A stretch of DNA of 63,788 nucleotides, counting the filler, from Octopus bimaculoides (Eukaryota), in assembly GCF_001194135.2 (NCBI RefSeq). It is 8 parts of 8 records of this genome, joined end to end, with 100 filler letters (N's around TTAATTAATTAA, not from the genome) between each part and the next. Parts side by side here need not be neighbours in the genome. Positions count along the whole stretch, not along the records: positions 19,997 to 32,970 come from NC_069003.1; positions 33,071 to 43,078 come from NC_068985.1; 6 more parts are not named here. One strand, written 5' to 3'. The translations under genes and the position numbers were made by a program. The notes under the pieces were generated by a model. That model saw nothing but the letters and a program-made list of their open reading frames with translations. It searched no databases and was not told where the DNA came from. Below, one piece after another: positions 25,201-36,620 of this stretch (its first letter is position 1; every line of letters begins with the position of its first letter).

Positions 25201-28200
25201 TTGTCAAGCGATGGTGGGGGGACAAACACAGACACACAAACACACATACACATATATATACATATATACGACGGGCTTTTTCAGTTTCCGTCTACCAAAT
25301 CCACTCACAAGGCTTTGGTTGGCCCGAGGCTATAGTAGAAAAAAAAACCAAAAAAACGAAGAACAAACACAAGAAAAAACACAACGCAAGGACATGGTAC
25401 ATGCAAAGTACTAACAGATGCTCAGGGAAGGAAAGAAAGGTAGTTTTACATTTAAAGCAAAGGTCTTCGTCAGAAACAGGAGATGGAGGAAAGTCCAAGG
25501 GAAAAGGAAGACGGAGACACCAAGCAATGTTTAGGTATAAGTGAACTTTGGGTTAATTAAAATGTTTGACGTATTTCAACTTCTAATGGCAAATTTACAG
25601 TAGTTGCCGTGGGGAGAGGGGAAAAATTCATGGTAAAAGGGGACGTTACTGTGACATCAATAATTATTATTAATAGTAGTATTATTAAATAACAACAAAC
25701 AGGTTACAGAAATTAATAATCTTTCTCTGTATCTTCTTTTCGTTTCTTTCTTTGTAATAATAATTAAACTTAAATCACCTTCGGAAAATTTATCACCAAA
25801 CTCTTTCTGGTGAAGCGATTCTAATTCTTTAATTTCTTTCTCTACCTTCGACGTGGCACTCCACTCTGGCTCTTGATAATTTTCAAGCAATCTGAAGAAA
25901 CAAAAAACAAGGTGTCATATAAAAATATTATGAACAATATATTTAAAAACAATAATTATTTTTAACCAAGAAGCAAACTTTGTAGGTTGAAGAACTGATC
26001 CCAAAACTTGGGTGGTTCTTTATTCTACTGACCCTTGAAAGAACAAACGGCAAAGTTTACCAATGCAAGATTTGAACTCAGATTGTAAAGAACCTTAATG
26101 ACTACCGAATCCACTACCTTTTATTAATTCTTTCTTTATTGGCGACAAGGGTCACAAAATCATTTAGAACAATACAGAGACAAAGAATGGTTCGGATTTA
26201 TACAGAAACATGTAAGCAATAAAACAATAACAATCTGCAAAAAAAAAAATCTTTATTTTAAGTGATGTTCGTAAATGACTGTTACCATCATTCAAGCAGT
26301 GTTTTTATTTTCCAATCTTCCCAGAAAACATGTCTGGCCATGTGGAAATATTACCTTACTTGGAAACAGGTGAGCTGGGGAAAAAAATCTACCTCAACAA
26401 ATTCCATCCAACCCATGCAAGCATGGAAAAGTGGATATTAAAATTATGATGGTTAGTCCACATTACTCCATAAAGAGCACAGGGCTGATTTCCTGGTTTC
26501 TCTGGCATATATACATATTCCTTCTAGGACATGATGCCAGTCCATCACAAGATTACTCCTTTTTACCAGCTGAATGGACTGGAGCAATCTGAAATGAAGA
26601 ATTTTGCTCAAGGACACAGTGCACATTCCAGTCCAGGAATCAAAAGCCACAAGCTTACAATCATGAATCCTACACCCTAACCATTAAGCCATGCACCTCC
26701 ACTTTAATGATGGTGATATACAAAGAGATATTGACTTATAAAGTGTTTAATACACTTTGTAGTATAATATGGTTGCACAACAAAATACGATGTCCCTACA
26801 AGTAATTAAAACATAGGATGGTAGAAAACTTCCGACAGGAGAATTTTTTGCTGCTAAGAAAAATATTTAAATGAAGAGATATTTACTTCAATCTTTCTTG
26901 TACTTGTTTTTTACGCATTTCTTCACTTTTCTGAGCCAATTCAAGAGCTCTTCTTTCCAATTCTTCCTGAAAATGGGAAATAAAACTTAAAGAAAATGTA
27001 AAGTTTAATATCTGCTTAAATTCTAGTCAAAAAATAATGAGAATTAGTTAGAAGCCTAGTTAGTTCAAAAGCTAATATATTATGGCCAGATATTCTGGAC
27101 AATTAAAAAACATGTTAATATATGATATTAGGATTTTTGTTAGACATATGAACAGTCAGCACCAATATTAATGATAATGGTTCTTAATTTAGACAATTTA
27201 TGATAATAATTCTTAATTTAGAGGTAAAGGTTCCTTGTTCTAATCCAGTTTGGCTGTGTGGATATAGTCTACTTTGTTAACATATGATCTCAAGTTCTAT
27301 GTCACTTCTCAGTGCCACGGGCAAGTATTTTCTACTGAAGCCTTGAGCTGACAAATACCTTGTAAGCGAAATTGGTAGATAGAAACTGTATGAAAGCCTG
27401 CCATATATTTTTATACACACAAACACATATATGTGTGGGTGTGTATTTATGTGTGTGTGTGTGTGTGTGTATGTCTCGCTGAATATTTACATTCTGCATT
27501 TTACATAAAAACACTGAGCCACAAACAGTAGTTTCTTGATCCTCCCTGTCATCAGATCATTCAATAGCTTTTGCTTCTTCGAAGACGAATGAAAAATGTT
27601 TTATTTCAAAAACAGGTGAGTGTTAGAGCTAAGTGTTAACAATAGGAAGAGCATCCAGTTATAAAAAAAATACCTCATAAACATGTACTCCCCTAAACCA
27701 TGCTAGCATGGAAAAATAGACATAAAACGAAAACACCTGTTTGGTGTAAGGAAGATAACTCAGCAATATCTAAATACTACAAGGTATTATAAGGAAATAT
27801 TCAAAAGTTTACAAATTTGCCACAAAAGCCATTTAAAGTTTTCCAAAGAATATTGATGTTTTAGCTCCATATTTTTTATGTGTGAGTGAATTATATACAA
27901 ATTTGAATAGGTGCTGAGTTATTGGAACAAGAAGACAACTGGAATTTTTTATTATTTTATCTTTGATTTATAGCTAATTCAAGGTGGCAAGCAGGCAGAA
28001 TTGTTAGTATGCTGGTCAAAATACTTAGCAGTGTTTCATCTGTCTTTACGTTCAGAGCTCAAATTCCACCAAGGTCAACTTTACCTTTCATTCGATGAAA
28101 TAAGTGGCAGTTGAGCACTGAGGTTGATGAAATCAACTGATCCCCTCCCCTGAAATTACTGGCCTTGTGCCAAAATTTGAAACCAATTTATAACTCCCCC

Positions 28201-30435
28201 TTTGTAAACATAAGGACACAGGAAATGTGTCAAGGCCGACAGGAAGCGGTGCAGCTTCCTAGGTCTAACCAACAGTAGTATTAATCCCTTCAGGGGGACT
28301 GTCAATTTAAATTGACAGCATACAACTACTTCATCGTGTCACTACTGCATAAATCTCTCTGAGAGATTTAGAAATGTATTATTTCTAAATTTATAACTAG
28401 TTTATAGATTTAATTTAGGTAGCTATTTGTCTCTACAATGCTTGGAATCTTGTGTCCATTGCTTGCTTGTTTAATATGGCCCTCCAACTTAGATTTCAAT
28501 GTGATAGAGTGTGAATTAAGCTCCTTTTGTTTGGCAGAGGTAAAGATTAGGTATCAAATATACATTTAAGATGAAAAATAAAAGCAATTTTTGAAATTGT
28601 GTTATATATTCCCTTCCACCACCAAATTATTTATTCAATGCACCAATTCTATCCATTCCACATTAATACACACATGCACACCCTTATATATTTGATAGGC
28701 TTCTGCAAAGCTTCTGTCTGCAAAATTTCAATTATAAGCTTGGGTCAGCCTCAGGTTATGATAGAATACTCCTTCCCAAGATAACATGTAGTGAGACATC
28801 TGCAACTGAACACAGAAACTTCACACTTACATGGTAATGCCAATTTAATTAAAACAATAGCAACTACTTTGATTAATATTTGTAATTAAATGAAACAACC
28901 AATTCTAACTGGTTCCTGTTCCTTACCTTATGAGCTTTTACTCGTTTGTCTCGCTTTTTAACAAAAGCTACCAGTTGCTGTAAAAAAAAAAATGAAAATA
29001 AGAACAAAAATCTAACAAAAACTGAATCAAAGAGAGAATCACAAACTCTATATCTGTTTAAAATATACTTCACTGTATCACTGTATCAACTAGGCTACTG
29101 GATGTTGTTATACATCGCTGATCACAATGTGCTTCCTTGCAAAGTTGTAGCCTTCAAATGATGCCACCCTGTTGGTAGGGTAAACATTTCCTCTGAATCT
29201 AATGCCAGTCCATTGTGTGGTTACTCATTTACAGCTGAGAGGACGGGAACAACATGAAATGAAGTCTCTTCCTCAAAAACACAACGCACCACCCAATCTA
29301 GGAATCGAAACCACACAGTCATGCTCATCTGTCTCTCTATATATAGATACATGCAGTGTCCTTTATTTCCAATCTTCAGTGAAAAAATTAATTTATTTGG
29401 AAACAGCTGAGGGTTGATGACAGGAAGGGCATCTGGCTGTAGAAAAAAAAATCTGTCTCAACAAATTCCATCTGACTCATACAAGCACGGAAAAGTGGAC
29501 AGTAAAACAATGTTGATGATGATGATGAAAAAATAGCATAAATTTCCAAGAGTGAGCTTTAACAAAAAACATTTTTACAGGTTCACCAAAACAGACAATA
29601 AGGTAATACTCACACGAATTTCTTCATTTCTTTCTTTCTTTGCAGCATCACGAAGTTTTTTGTTTTCGGCTTCCATTAAGCGTCGAGTTCGCCGATCGGG
29701 TGCCTCTCGTGTGTCGAATTTCTCCACCCAGACGTAGGATTTAGCTGTGCAGTAACTTGACCAATAACCATAGAACACATTAACAACCTAGGAAAATATA
29801 AATATATTCTTTAGATGAACACAAACGTTAAGAGTAATGTTACTTCCTGCATTTACAAGAAAATGAAATTAATATTAGTATTAAGGCACATGGCTCAGTG
29901 GTTAGAGCATCGGGCTCACAATCATGAGATAGTGAGTTCAATTCCCAGACTGGGCTGTATGTTATGTTCTTGAGCAAGTCACTTTATTTTTCATGTTGCT
30001 GCAGTTCACTCAACTATAGAAATGAGTTGCAACATCACTAGTGCCAAGCTGTATCAGCCTTTGCCTTTCCCTTGGATAACCTCGGTGGCGTGGAGAGGGA
30101 GAGGCCGGTATGCATGGGCGACTACTGGCCTTCCATAAAACAACCTTGCCGGTCTTGTGCCTAGGAAGGGAACTTTCTAGGTACAATCCCATGGTCGTTC
30201 ATGACTAAAAGGGGTCCTTTCTATTAAGGCAGCATGTTGATAGAATAAGTTAACATGTCAGTCCACTCAACTGCAAATGGGTCCTGCAATGGAATAGGCC
30301 TCTGATCAGGTGGAATGTTGGCCAGCTCGCCAGCCAGCAGGGTGGCATCAATTGAAAGCTAAAGCAATGTGAAGTGCATTGTGACCAGTGGTGTATAACA
30401 ATATCTGATAATCTGGTCAATACCATGATACCATG

Positions 30436-30485
<50 letters not shown>

Positions 30486-30495
30486 NNNNNNNNNN

Positions 30496-30538
<43 letters not shown>

Positions 30539-32808
30539 GCCTTGTTTTAATTTAGTGTTGTATTTGTAGATGAGTGTCACTGCCATACAAGCAGTGTCAT
30601 TCGTTTCCAATATTCCGCAAGAGTATGTTCGGCTATAGGGAAATACTGCCTTGCTTGGAAACAGGTGAGGGTTGGCAGCAGGAAAGGTACCAAGCCATAG
30701 AAAATTTGCTTCAAATAAATTCCATTCAAATTAAACAAGCATCGAAAAATGGAAGTTAAATAATGATTGTAAGGATGGAGGGCTTTGTTGGTGTTGTTAT
30801 CGTTGCTGGAGTCAGCCATGATTGAACAGACTTATGATCAAAAGAATTTTATAACTTGCCAACCCACCAAGAATACAGAATACAAAAGAGCTGGAATAAA
30901 CACCACAAAGCATTCTGTGTCCATTACAGAACTATTAAAAATTGGTATAATCAATACTAACCTCATCAAAATTGCTATCACGCTGGCCAAACGAAGGGAT
31001 TTTCATGTCGGAGTCCTTATCGTCCATGTAGTTATAATCTTCCTCAGCAAGGATGTCAAAGACATTTCTATATACACTGTAAAATCCCTTCAATAAAAAG
31101 AATAATAAAAAGAACATTTAAGGACACAAGGACATTGACAAAAAAAATCTCGTAAAGTACCAATGTAAAAAAATTAGGTATAATTGTTCCATAGAAATAA
31201 ATCCAATGAATCCAATTCTATGGATCTAAAATGGTTCATAGGTGCAGGTTTGGCTGTGTGGTTAAGAGTCTTGCTTTCCAACCATGTGACCTTGGGTTCA
31301 GTCCCACTATGCGGAATTTTGGGCAAGTGTATTCTATTAGCCCTCAGGCCAACCAAAACCATGTGAGTGGATTTGGTAAATGGAAACCAAACATAAAAAT
31401 CATAGGTATATGGACAAGGACAGCTGCATAAAGAAGAGCTGATCACTAACTATGGAAGGAACCTGGGAAAGAGGTAGACCCAGGAAGACATAGTATAAGG
31501 TGGTGAAATATGATCTTCAGAAGTTGAGTCTCATGCAAGTGATGACAAGTGATTGAGACTTTTGGCAATTTACTCTGCTTAAGATGTGTTAAGCTACATG
31601 AAATCATAGTCATGGTGCAACCTCTGGTCTTTCCAGCTCTAGTCAAACTGTCCAACCCATGCCAGCATGGAAGGCAGATGTTAAATGATGATGATGATGA
31701 TGGCACTTGTGAGGTCAGCGTGTAACTTGCAAGACACAAAAAGAACAAAGAAAAAGCTCCCAGTACTTGGAGGAGGGGGTATTTGAGAGGAGAAGGTGGA
31801 GATGGGTGGCTTTATGCCATCTGTTGAGAGGTTGAAATATGACAGAGGGACAAGTATGGGTTTGCTATAGAGGAGATACATAGATGAAAGAGATACAAAT
31901 AAGGTATTGGTTGGACATTAACAAGAAGAACATTCGAAAATTGAAAATTAAAATGTGCCGTTAGATCAAGTAGACGAGAAGAAAGAATGGTGAGCGGTAT
32001 TGTGACAGAGACTTACATTTTCCTCATCACCGTATCCAGAATAACAGGAAGAGTTGAAAAACTGGAAAATATTCAAGCTGTTGTCTTCAAAATCACCTTT
32101 GCCGAGTCCTGCAAAAACGTAAACAACAAACATATTTAAAACAAGCAAATGAAGCATTAGGGAAATTATAACAAGTGAGAAGAAATAGATTTAATATATA
32201 CAGGGTGTCCACAAAGTCTGGGTACATGGGGATTAACACATACTTTAAGAAATTATTATTTCTTATATTTAATTGTTTGTTATGATTTTATTTACTCCAT
32301 GTACCCAGGCTTTGTGGACACCCTGTAGAATAGGTATTTCATATTTTTTCATATCCAGGTCACATACGCTGATCACAGACTCCTTTGTAGTCAATCTGCC
32401 TTCACACAAATTATAAATAACACATTCTACACTAATTGTTCCATGCATTACAGTCATAGAGCATCATAATGTGTGTTTGAGGAAAACCTGTTGAGGAGCT
32501 GTACTGTAAAACTGGTTGTAAAGGAATGGTTCTTAAGAAGCCAAAACAGATTATGGAGCCTGGTGAGGCCCCTGGACTAGCCAGCTCCTGTCAAGCCATC
32601 CAACCCATGCATGCTGGCATGGAAAGCAGATGTTAAATGATGATAATGATGAATGAGAATAATGTTGTTATCTACATACCTCCATGAAGTATAGCATCTC
32701 TATGCTTGTCATACCAAGCTCTTTCTTGTGGATCACTGAGTACTTCATATGCTTGCTTGATGCACCGGAACTGGATTGTACTCTCAGTTATGTTTTCAGG
32801 ATTCTTAT
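21901..32808 (-). CDS. DNAJC21: DnaJ homolog subfamily C member 21 (Jjj1-like); partial multi-exon gene, 9 visible exons
   Basis: Nine GT-AG exons with matching phases translate to J-domain helix III-IV (DKNPEN...[18 protein letters not shown]), the zuotin-homology region ([16 protein letters not shown]...[17 protein letters not shown]), a coiled coil and a C2H2 finger ([25 protein letters not shown]). This is colinear with my recollection of human DNAJC21. Exon 1 (ending WHP) and the second C2H2 finger were not found. Confidence 0.95.
23186..23401. mobile_element. piggyBac-type MITE (TTAA target, CCCTT..AGCATT termini)
   Basis: TTAA|cccttcagcatt...aatgctaaaggg|ctaa; partial copies near 20873 and 24778. 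Confidence 0.75.
23969..24170. mobile_element. piggyBac-type MITE, second copy
   Basis: TTAA at 23965-23968 and 24171-24174; homologous to 23186-23401. Confidence 0.75.
24660..24741 (-). CDS. DNAJC21: DNAJC21 exon, first half of C2H2 zinc finger (phase 1-2, 82 bp)
   Basis: tttcacag|ATCTC...AAAGC|gtaagt; [27 protein letters not shown](A). Confidence 0.93.
24903..25330. mobile_element. Two SINE-B copies in inverted orientation inside a DNAJC21 intron
   Basis: 24903-25000 (+) is roughly complementary to 25270-25340 (-). Confidence 0.8.
25779..25891 (-). CDS. DNAJC21: DNAJC21 exon (phase 2-1, 113 bp)
   Basis: ttcttcag|ATTGCTT...GAAG|gtgatt; [37 protein letters not shown]. Confidence 0.88.
26887..26966 (-). 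CDS. DNAJC21: DNAJC21 exon (phase 0-2, 80 bp)
   Basis: attttcag|GAAGAA...TTGAA|gtaaat; [26 protein letters not shown](K), coiled coil. Confidence 0.9.
28927..28977 (-). CDS. DNAJC21: DNAJC21 exon (phase 0-0, 51 bp)
   Basis: ttttacag|CAACTG...CATAAG|gtaagg; [17 protein letters not shown]. Confidence 0.95.
29614..29787 (-). CDS. DNAJC21: DNAJC21 exon (phase 0-0, 174 bp)
   Basis: tttcctag|GTTGTT...ATTCGT|gtgagt; [58 protein letters not shown]. Confidence 0.95.
29885..30220 (+). mobile_element. tRNA-derived SINE with CORE-like ttgagcaagtcactt
   Basis: tggctcagtggttagagc A box, gagttcaattccc B box, then unrelated body. Confidence 0.65.
30962..31087 (-). CDS. DNAJC21: DNAJC21 exon (phase 0-0, 126 bp)
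   Basis: ttgaag|GGATTT...GATGAG|gttagt; [18 protein letters not shown]...[12 protein letters not shown]. Confidence 0.95.
32017..32108 (-). CDS. DNAJC21: DNAJC21 exon (phase 1-0, 92 bp)
   Basis: ttttgcag|GACTC...GAAAAT|gtaagt; [31 protein letters not shown]. Confidence 0.95.
32201..32325. mobile_element. Tc1/mariner-type MITE, 125 bp, in a DNAJC21 intron
   Basis: 29-bp TIR CAGGGTGTCCACAAAG(T/C)CTGGGTACATGG with 1 mismatch, flanked by TA on both sides. Confidence 0.85.
32680..32808 (-). CDS. DNAJC21: DNAJC21 exon, J-domain C-terminal half (phase 1-1, 129 bp)
   Basis: tttaaag|ATAAGAAT...CATGGAG|gtatgt; (D)[42 protein letters not shown]. Confidence 0.95.
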
Positions 32809-33140
32809 CTTTAAAGAAATAAAAAAAAATAACATTTAGTTACTTAGTTACTGTTTAGAATACAATGGTATAATATTGCTTACTAATTTTTTTTTAATAC
32901 AGGCACCGGGTGACAATTTATATATACATATATAAAGACAGACAAGATAGATGTGCATATATATATATATNNNNNNNNNNNNNNNNNNNNNNNNNNNNNN
33001 NNNNNNNNNNNNNNTTAATTAATTAANNNNNNNNNNNNNNNNNNNNNNNNNNNNNNNNNNNNNNNNNNNNAAGACAATACATTTATTGTATATCACAAAA
33101 CCTCTGGAATTAGACCAGCAACTTAACATTTATCATCATA

Positions 33141-33577
33141 AAGGCGGCGAGCTGGCAGAAACGTTCGAACGCCGGACGAAATGCTTGGCGGTATTTCGTC
33201 TGTCTTTACATTCTGAGTTCAAATTCTGCCGAGGTCGACTTTGCCTTTCATCCTTTCGGGGTCGATAAATTAAGCACCGGTTACGCACTGGGGTCGATGT
33301 AATCGACTTAATCCCTTTGTCTGTCCTTGCTTGTCCCCTCTATGTTTAGCCCCTTGTGGGCAATAAAAAAATAAGAAACGTTAGCACGCCGGACGAAATG
33401 CTTAGCGGTATTTCGTCTGTCGTTACGTTCTGAGGTCAAATTCCGCCGAGGTCGACTTTGCTTTTCATCTTTTTGGGATCAATAAATTAAGTACCAGTTG
33501 CGTACTGGGGTTGATCTAATCGACTGGCCCCCATCCCCTAAAATTCCAGGCTTTGTGCCTAGAGTAGAAAAGATTAT
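33141..33577 (+). mobile_element. Composite SINE-A dimer (Tx1-tailed copy plus headless standard copy)
   Basis: Junction caataaaaaaataagaa|acgttagcacgccgg at about 33377/33378, the same position as in the 14 kb composite. Confidence 0.88.
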
Positions 33578-36359
33578 ATTCGTGAAGATACAAACTAATA
33601 TCCCGTCCACATTAAGACTACATTCAGTGACCTCTCATACAAATTGCTTGTGTTCAATGTGGTTATAACTGTATTGATGGACTGCTTTTCGAAAGGTAAA
33701 AATATGTTAACCCAGAATGCGTGTATTCTTTAGAAATCCCACATAATTCTCAGTATTGTGGAATCTCTTGTTTACGGATGTTTAGAAGAGTGATTCCGCC
33801 AAAGCAAATTGCCTTTTAAGTAAACCCACCTTAAATTCTCTCCAATTTCGTCCACACCTTAAAGCTATCTTTTCGATCAATCTTTTATGTATTATAGCAG
33901 TTAAGGTTTCTCTTCCATTGCTCACTTAATATCTTCCCCACTAAAAAAATAAGTTTCGTTATTCCTTCTTCTTTCGGCTTACGTCTCAAATCTTCAATTT
34001 CTTACAATGTTACAAACGTTGAATGCTACAATGTTGTGTAACCTCCATGCTTTTCTCAAGAGAATTAGCTAAGTGAAGTAAACTGATCACCATCGAAATT
34101 AAATATTGTAACTATCATCTCTTTTAGTAACATGTACATGGCTTTTCCATCTCACTAAAATAACCAACGATTATGTATGTGTTACTAGCAAAGTAAAAGT
34201 TATGTATATATTTACAGTCAGCTGTGTCAACGTAGTTGTAGAGCATTATACACAGTGATAGTATCTTTTGAAATAACATTTACATCTATCTCTAACGGTA
34301 ATCTGTTTCACAGCATGACAGTTAAAAACTCAAATTTGCCACCCTATTTCCTTTCAGTCGAGCTTGAAAGTCCATGAAATTAAATACACTATTTCTCTCG
34401 TTTCTTGCTTGTTTAAAAGCTTTACACACTAGATGGACATATAATCTTATCGCCTATCATCTACACAAAAGCCGGTGTGTGGCAGAAACGACAGAGCGAC
34501 AGAGAAAATAGCTTGTAGCTATTTAATTACATCTTTATCTTCTACATTCGTATCTTGTGCTGTATTTTACATTTTTTCATAGTTTCGGGTCATTTAATTA
34601 AATACCAGCCAAATAGTAATCGATTTAATCGATTGTTTTCTCTTCAGCGTTTGCGACATAGCGTCGATGTTAAAAATCAATTATAATCCACACAGTAGGC
34701 AGTAGCATAGCTCGCGGGATGGGAGGCGAGTGGGTATGGCCCACTCGGGCGACGCTTTTATAGGAGCGGCACTTTTAGGTTTCCTATATAAGCCTGTATA
34801 GGTTTGTGAGCCTGGAGCTGGGTGGGAAGAAATCAAGGGTTGCCCCCAGGTGACACACATTGTATGATAGCTACTACTCTGACAGTGGAGCTAGAAGAAA
34901 ACTCATGGCGAACCGATTTTGCGAAGCGGTTACCACAACGGCTAAATCTTTCATTTTACTTATGCCTAGAGAAAGGGCAGGAACGTAGTAAAGTGTTTTT
35001 CTTCCTTCCTTATAAACTGTGGCCCTTTTATCAGTTATAATCCAAAATAAGGAGTACCGAGGATTGGAAAGTGACTTCCCACCGAGTTTAATTTGCGAAA
35101 AACATACCAATTCCATGTAACAGCATTTTCATTTCTCTTCGACAGCTGAAACAAGACAACTATAAAACGTAAACTATTATAGAGTTGAAAGAAACTAGTT
35201 ATATTTGGAGTGCTAAGTTAGCAGACTTCTTGTCAGTGAATCATAAGGTGTCTTATTTCCTCTATAATTTTCTTACCACACAAAGGTCAAGTGCAGCTGA
35301 CTTCCACAACAGAGCATGTTTTCATTTTGTTGTCCTAAACAGCCAAACGTAAAAGATCAGTTTTGTTTTCGTTAGAATATAAGTATACATGTAAGTACGT
35401 ATACATGTATGTATGTATGTATGTATATATATATATATATATATATATNNNNNNNNNNNNNNNNNNNNNNNNNNNNNNNNNNNNNNNNNNNNNNNNNNNN
35501 NNNNNNNNNNNNNNNNNNNNNNNNNNNNNNNNNNNNNNNNNNNNNNNNNNNNNNNNNNNNNNNNNNNNNNNNNNNNNNNNNNNNNNNNNNNNNNNNNNNN
35601 NNNNNNNNNNNNNNNNNNNNNNNNNNNNNNNNNNNNNNNNNNNNNNNNNNNNNNNNNNNNNNNNNNNNNNNNNNNNNNNNNNNNNNNNNNNNNNNNNNNN
35701 NNNNNNNNNNNNNNNNNNNNNNNNNNNNNNNNNNNNNNNNNNNNNNNNNNNNNNNNNNNNNNNNNNNNNNNNNNNNNNNNNNNNNNNNNNNNNNNNNNNN
35801 NNNNNNNNNNNNNNNNNNNNNNNNNNNNNNNNNNNNNNNNNNNNNNNNNNNNNNNNNNNNNNNNNNNNNNNNNNNNNNNNNNNNNNNNNNNNNNNNNNNN
35901 NNNNNNNNNNNNNNNNNNNNNNNNNNNNNNNNNNNNNNNNNNNNNNNNNNNNNNNNNNNNNNNNNNNNNNNNNNNNNNNTATTTACATTTATATATATTA
36001 TATATTATGTATGTATATATGTAATGTATGTTTGTTTGTATGTATGTATGTATGTTTGTACGTACGTACGTACGTATGTATCTATGTATGTTCACTCGTT
36101 TGCATACATTTTATTTAGACGCAGTTCTTTTTCTTGCGACTCGAATTTGCATCATTGTGATCATCTGGCGAAATTTAACAAGCCTTGTGAAACTCGAGTT
36201 GCGAGAAAAAGTATTTGGTTTAAGTCAGCAATATACTCTACATCGTACATTGAGTACGTTTATACATGTTCGTTTCCAAACTGTAACATCTTAATATCCA
36301 TTGTGTATGTGTGTGTACGTCTCAGAGGCCATTGGATAATTGCAATATATCCTTTGTAG

Positions 36360-36620
36360 ATGTGCGTGGCTTAGTGGTTAGGGTGTTGGACTCATGGTCG
36401 TAAGATTGTGGTTTCAATCCCTGGACCGGGCTACGCGTTTAGTTCTTGACCAAAACACTTCATTTTACGTTGCTCATTTCACGTTGCTCCAGTCCACTCA
36501 GCTAGCAAAAATGAGTAATTCCTGCGACAGACCGGCGCCCCAACCAAGTGGGGAATATATACGTCATGGAACCGGGAAACCGGCCCTTATGAGTCGGCTG
36601 GACTCGAGAAGGTAACTTTA
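36360..36620 (+). mobile_element. tRNA-derived SINE (gcgtggcttagtggttagggtg head); second copy at about 26450-26705(-)
   Basis: A/B boxes and the shared cagtccactcagctg...gactgg body. Confidence 0.7.

Noticed and set aside
27520-27560. CTGATGA...GAAA on the minus strand; also CTGAAGA near 57280 and GAAAC near 57350
   Set aside because: No stem I or stem II pairing, so these are not hammerheads.
36128-36210. 17-bp imperfect inverted repeat tttttcttgcgactcga / tcgagttgcgagaaaaa
   Set aside because: Only one copy is seen, with no TSD. It is probably a MITE remnant, but too little to call.
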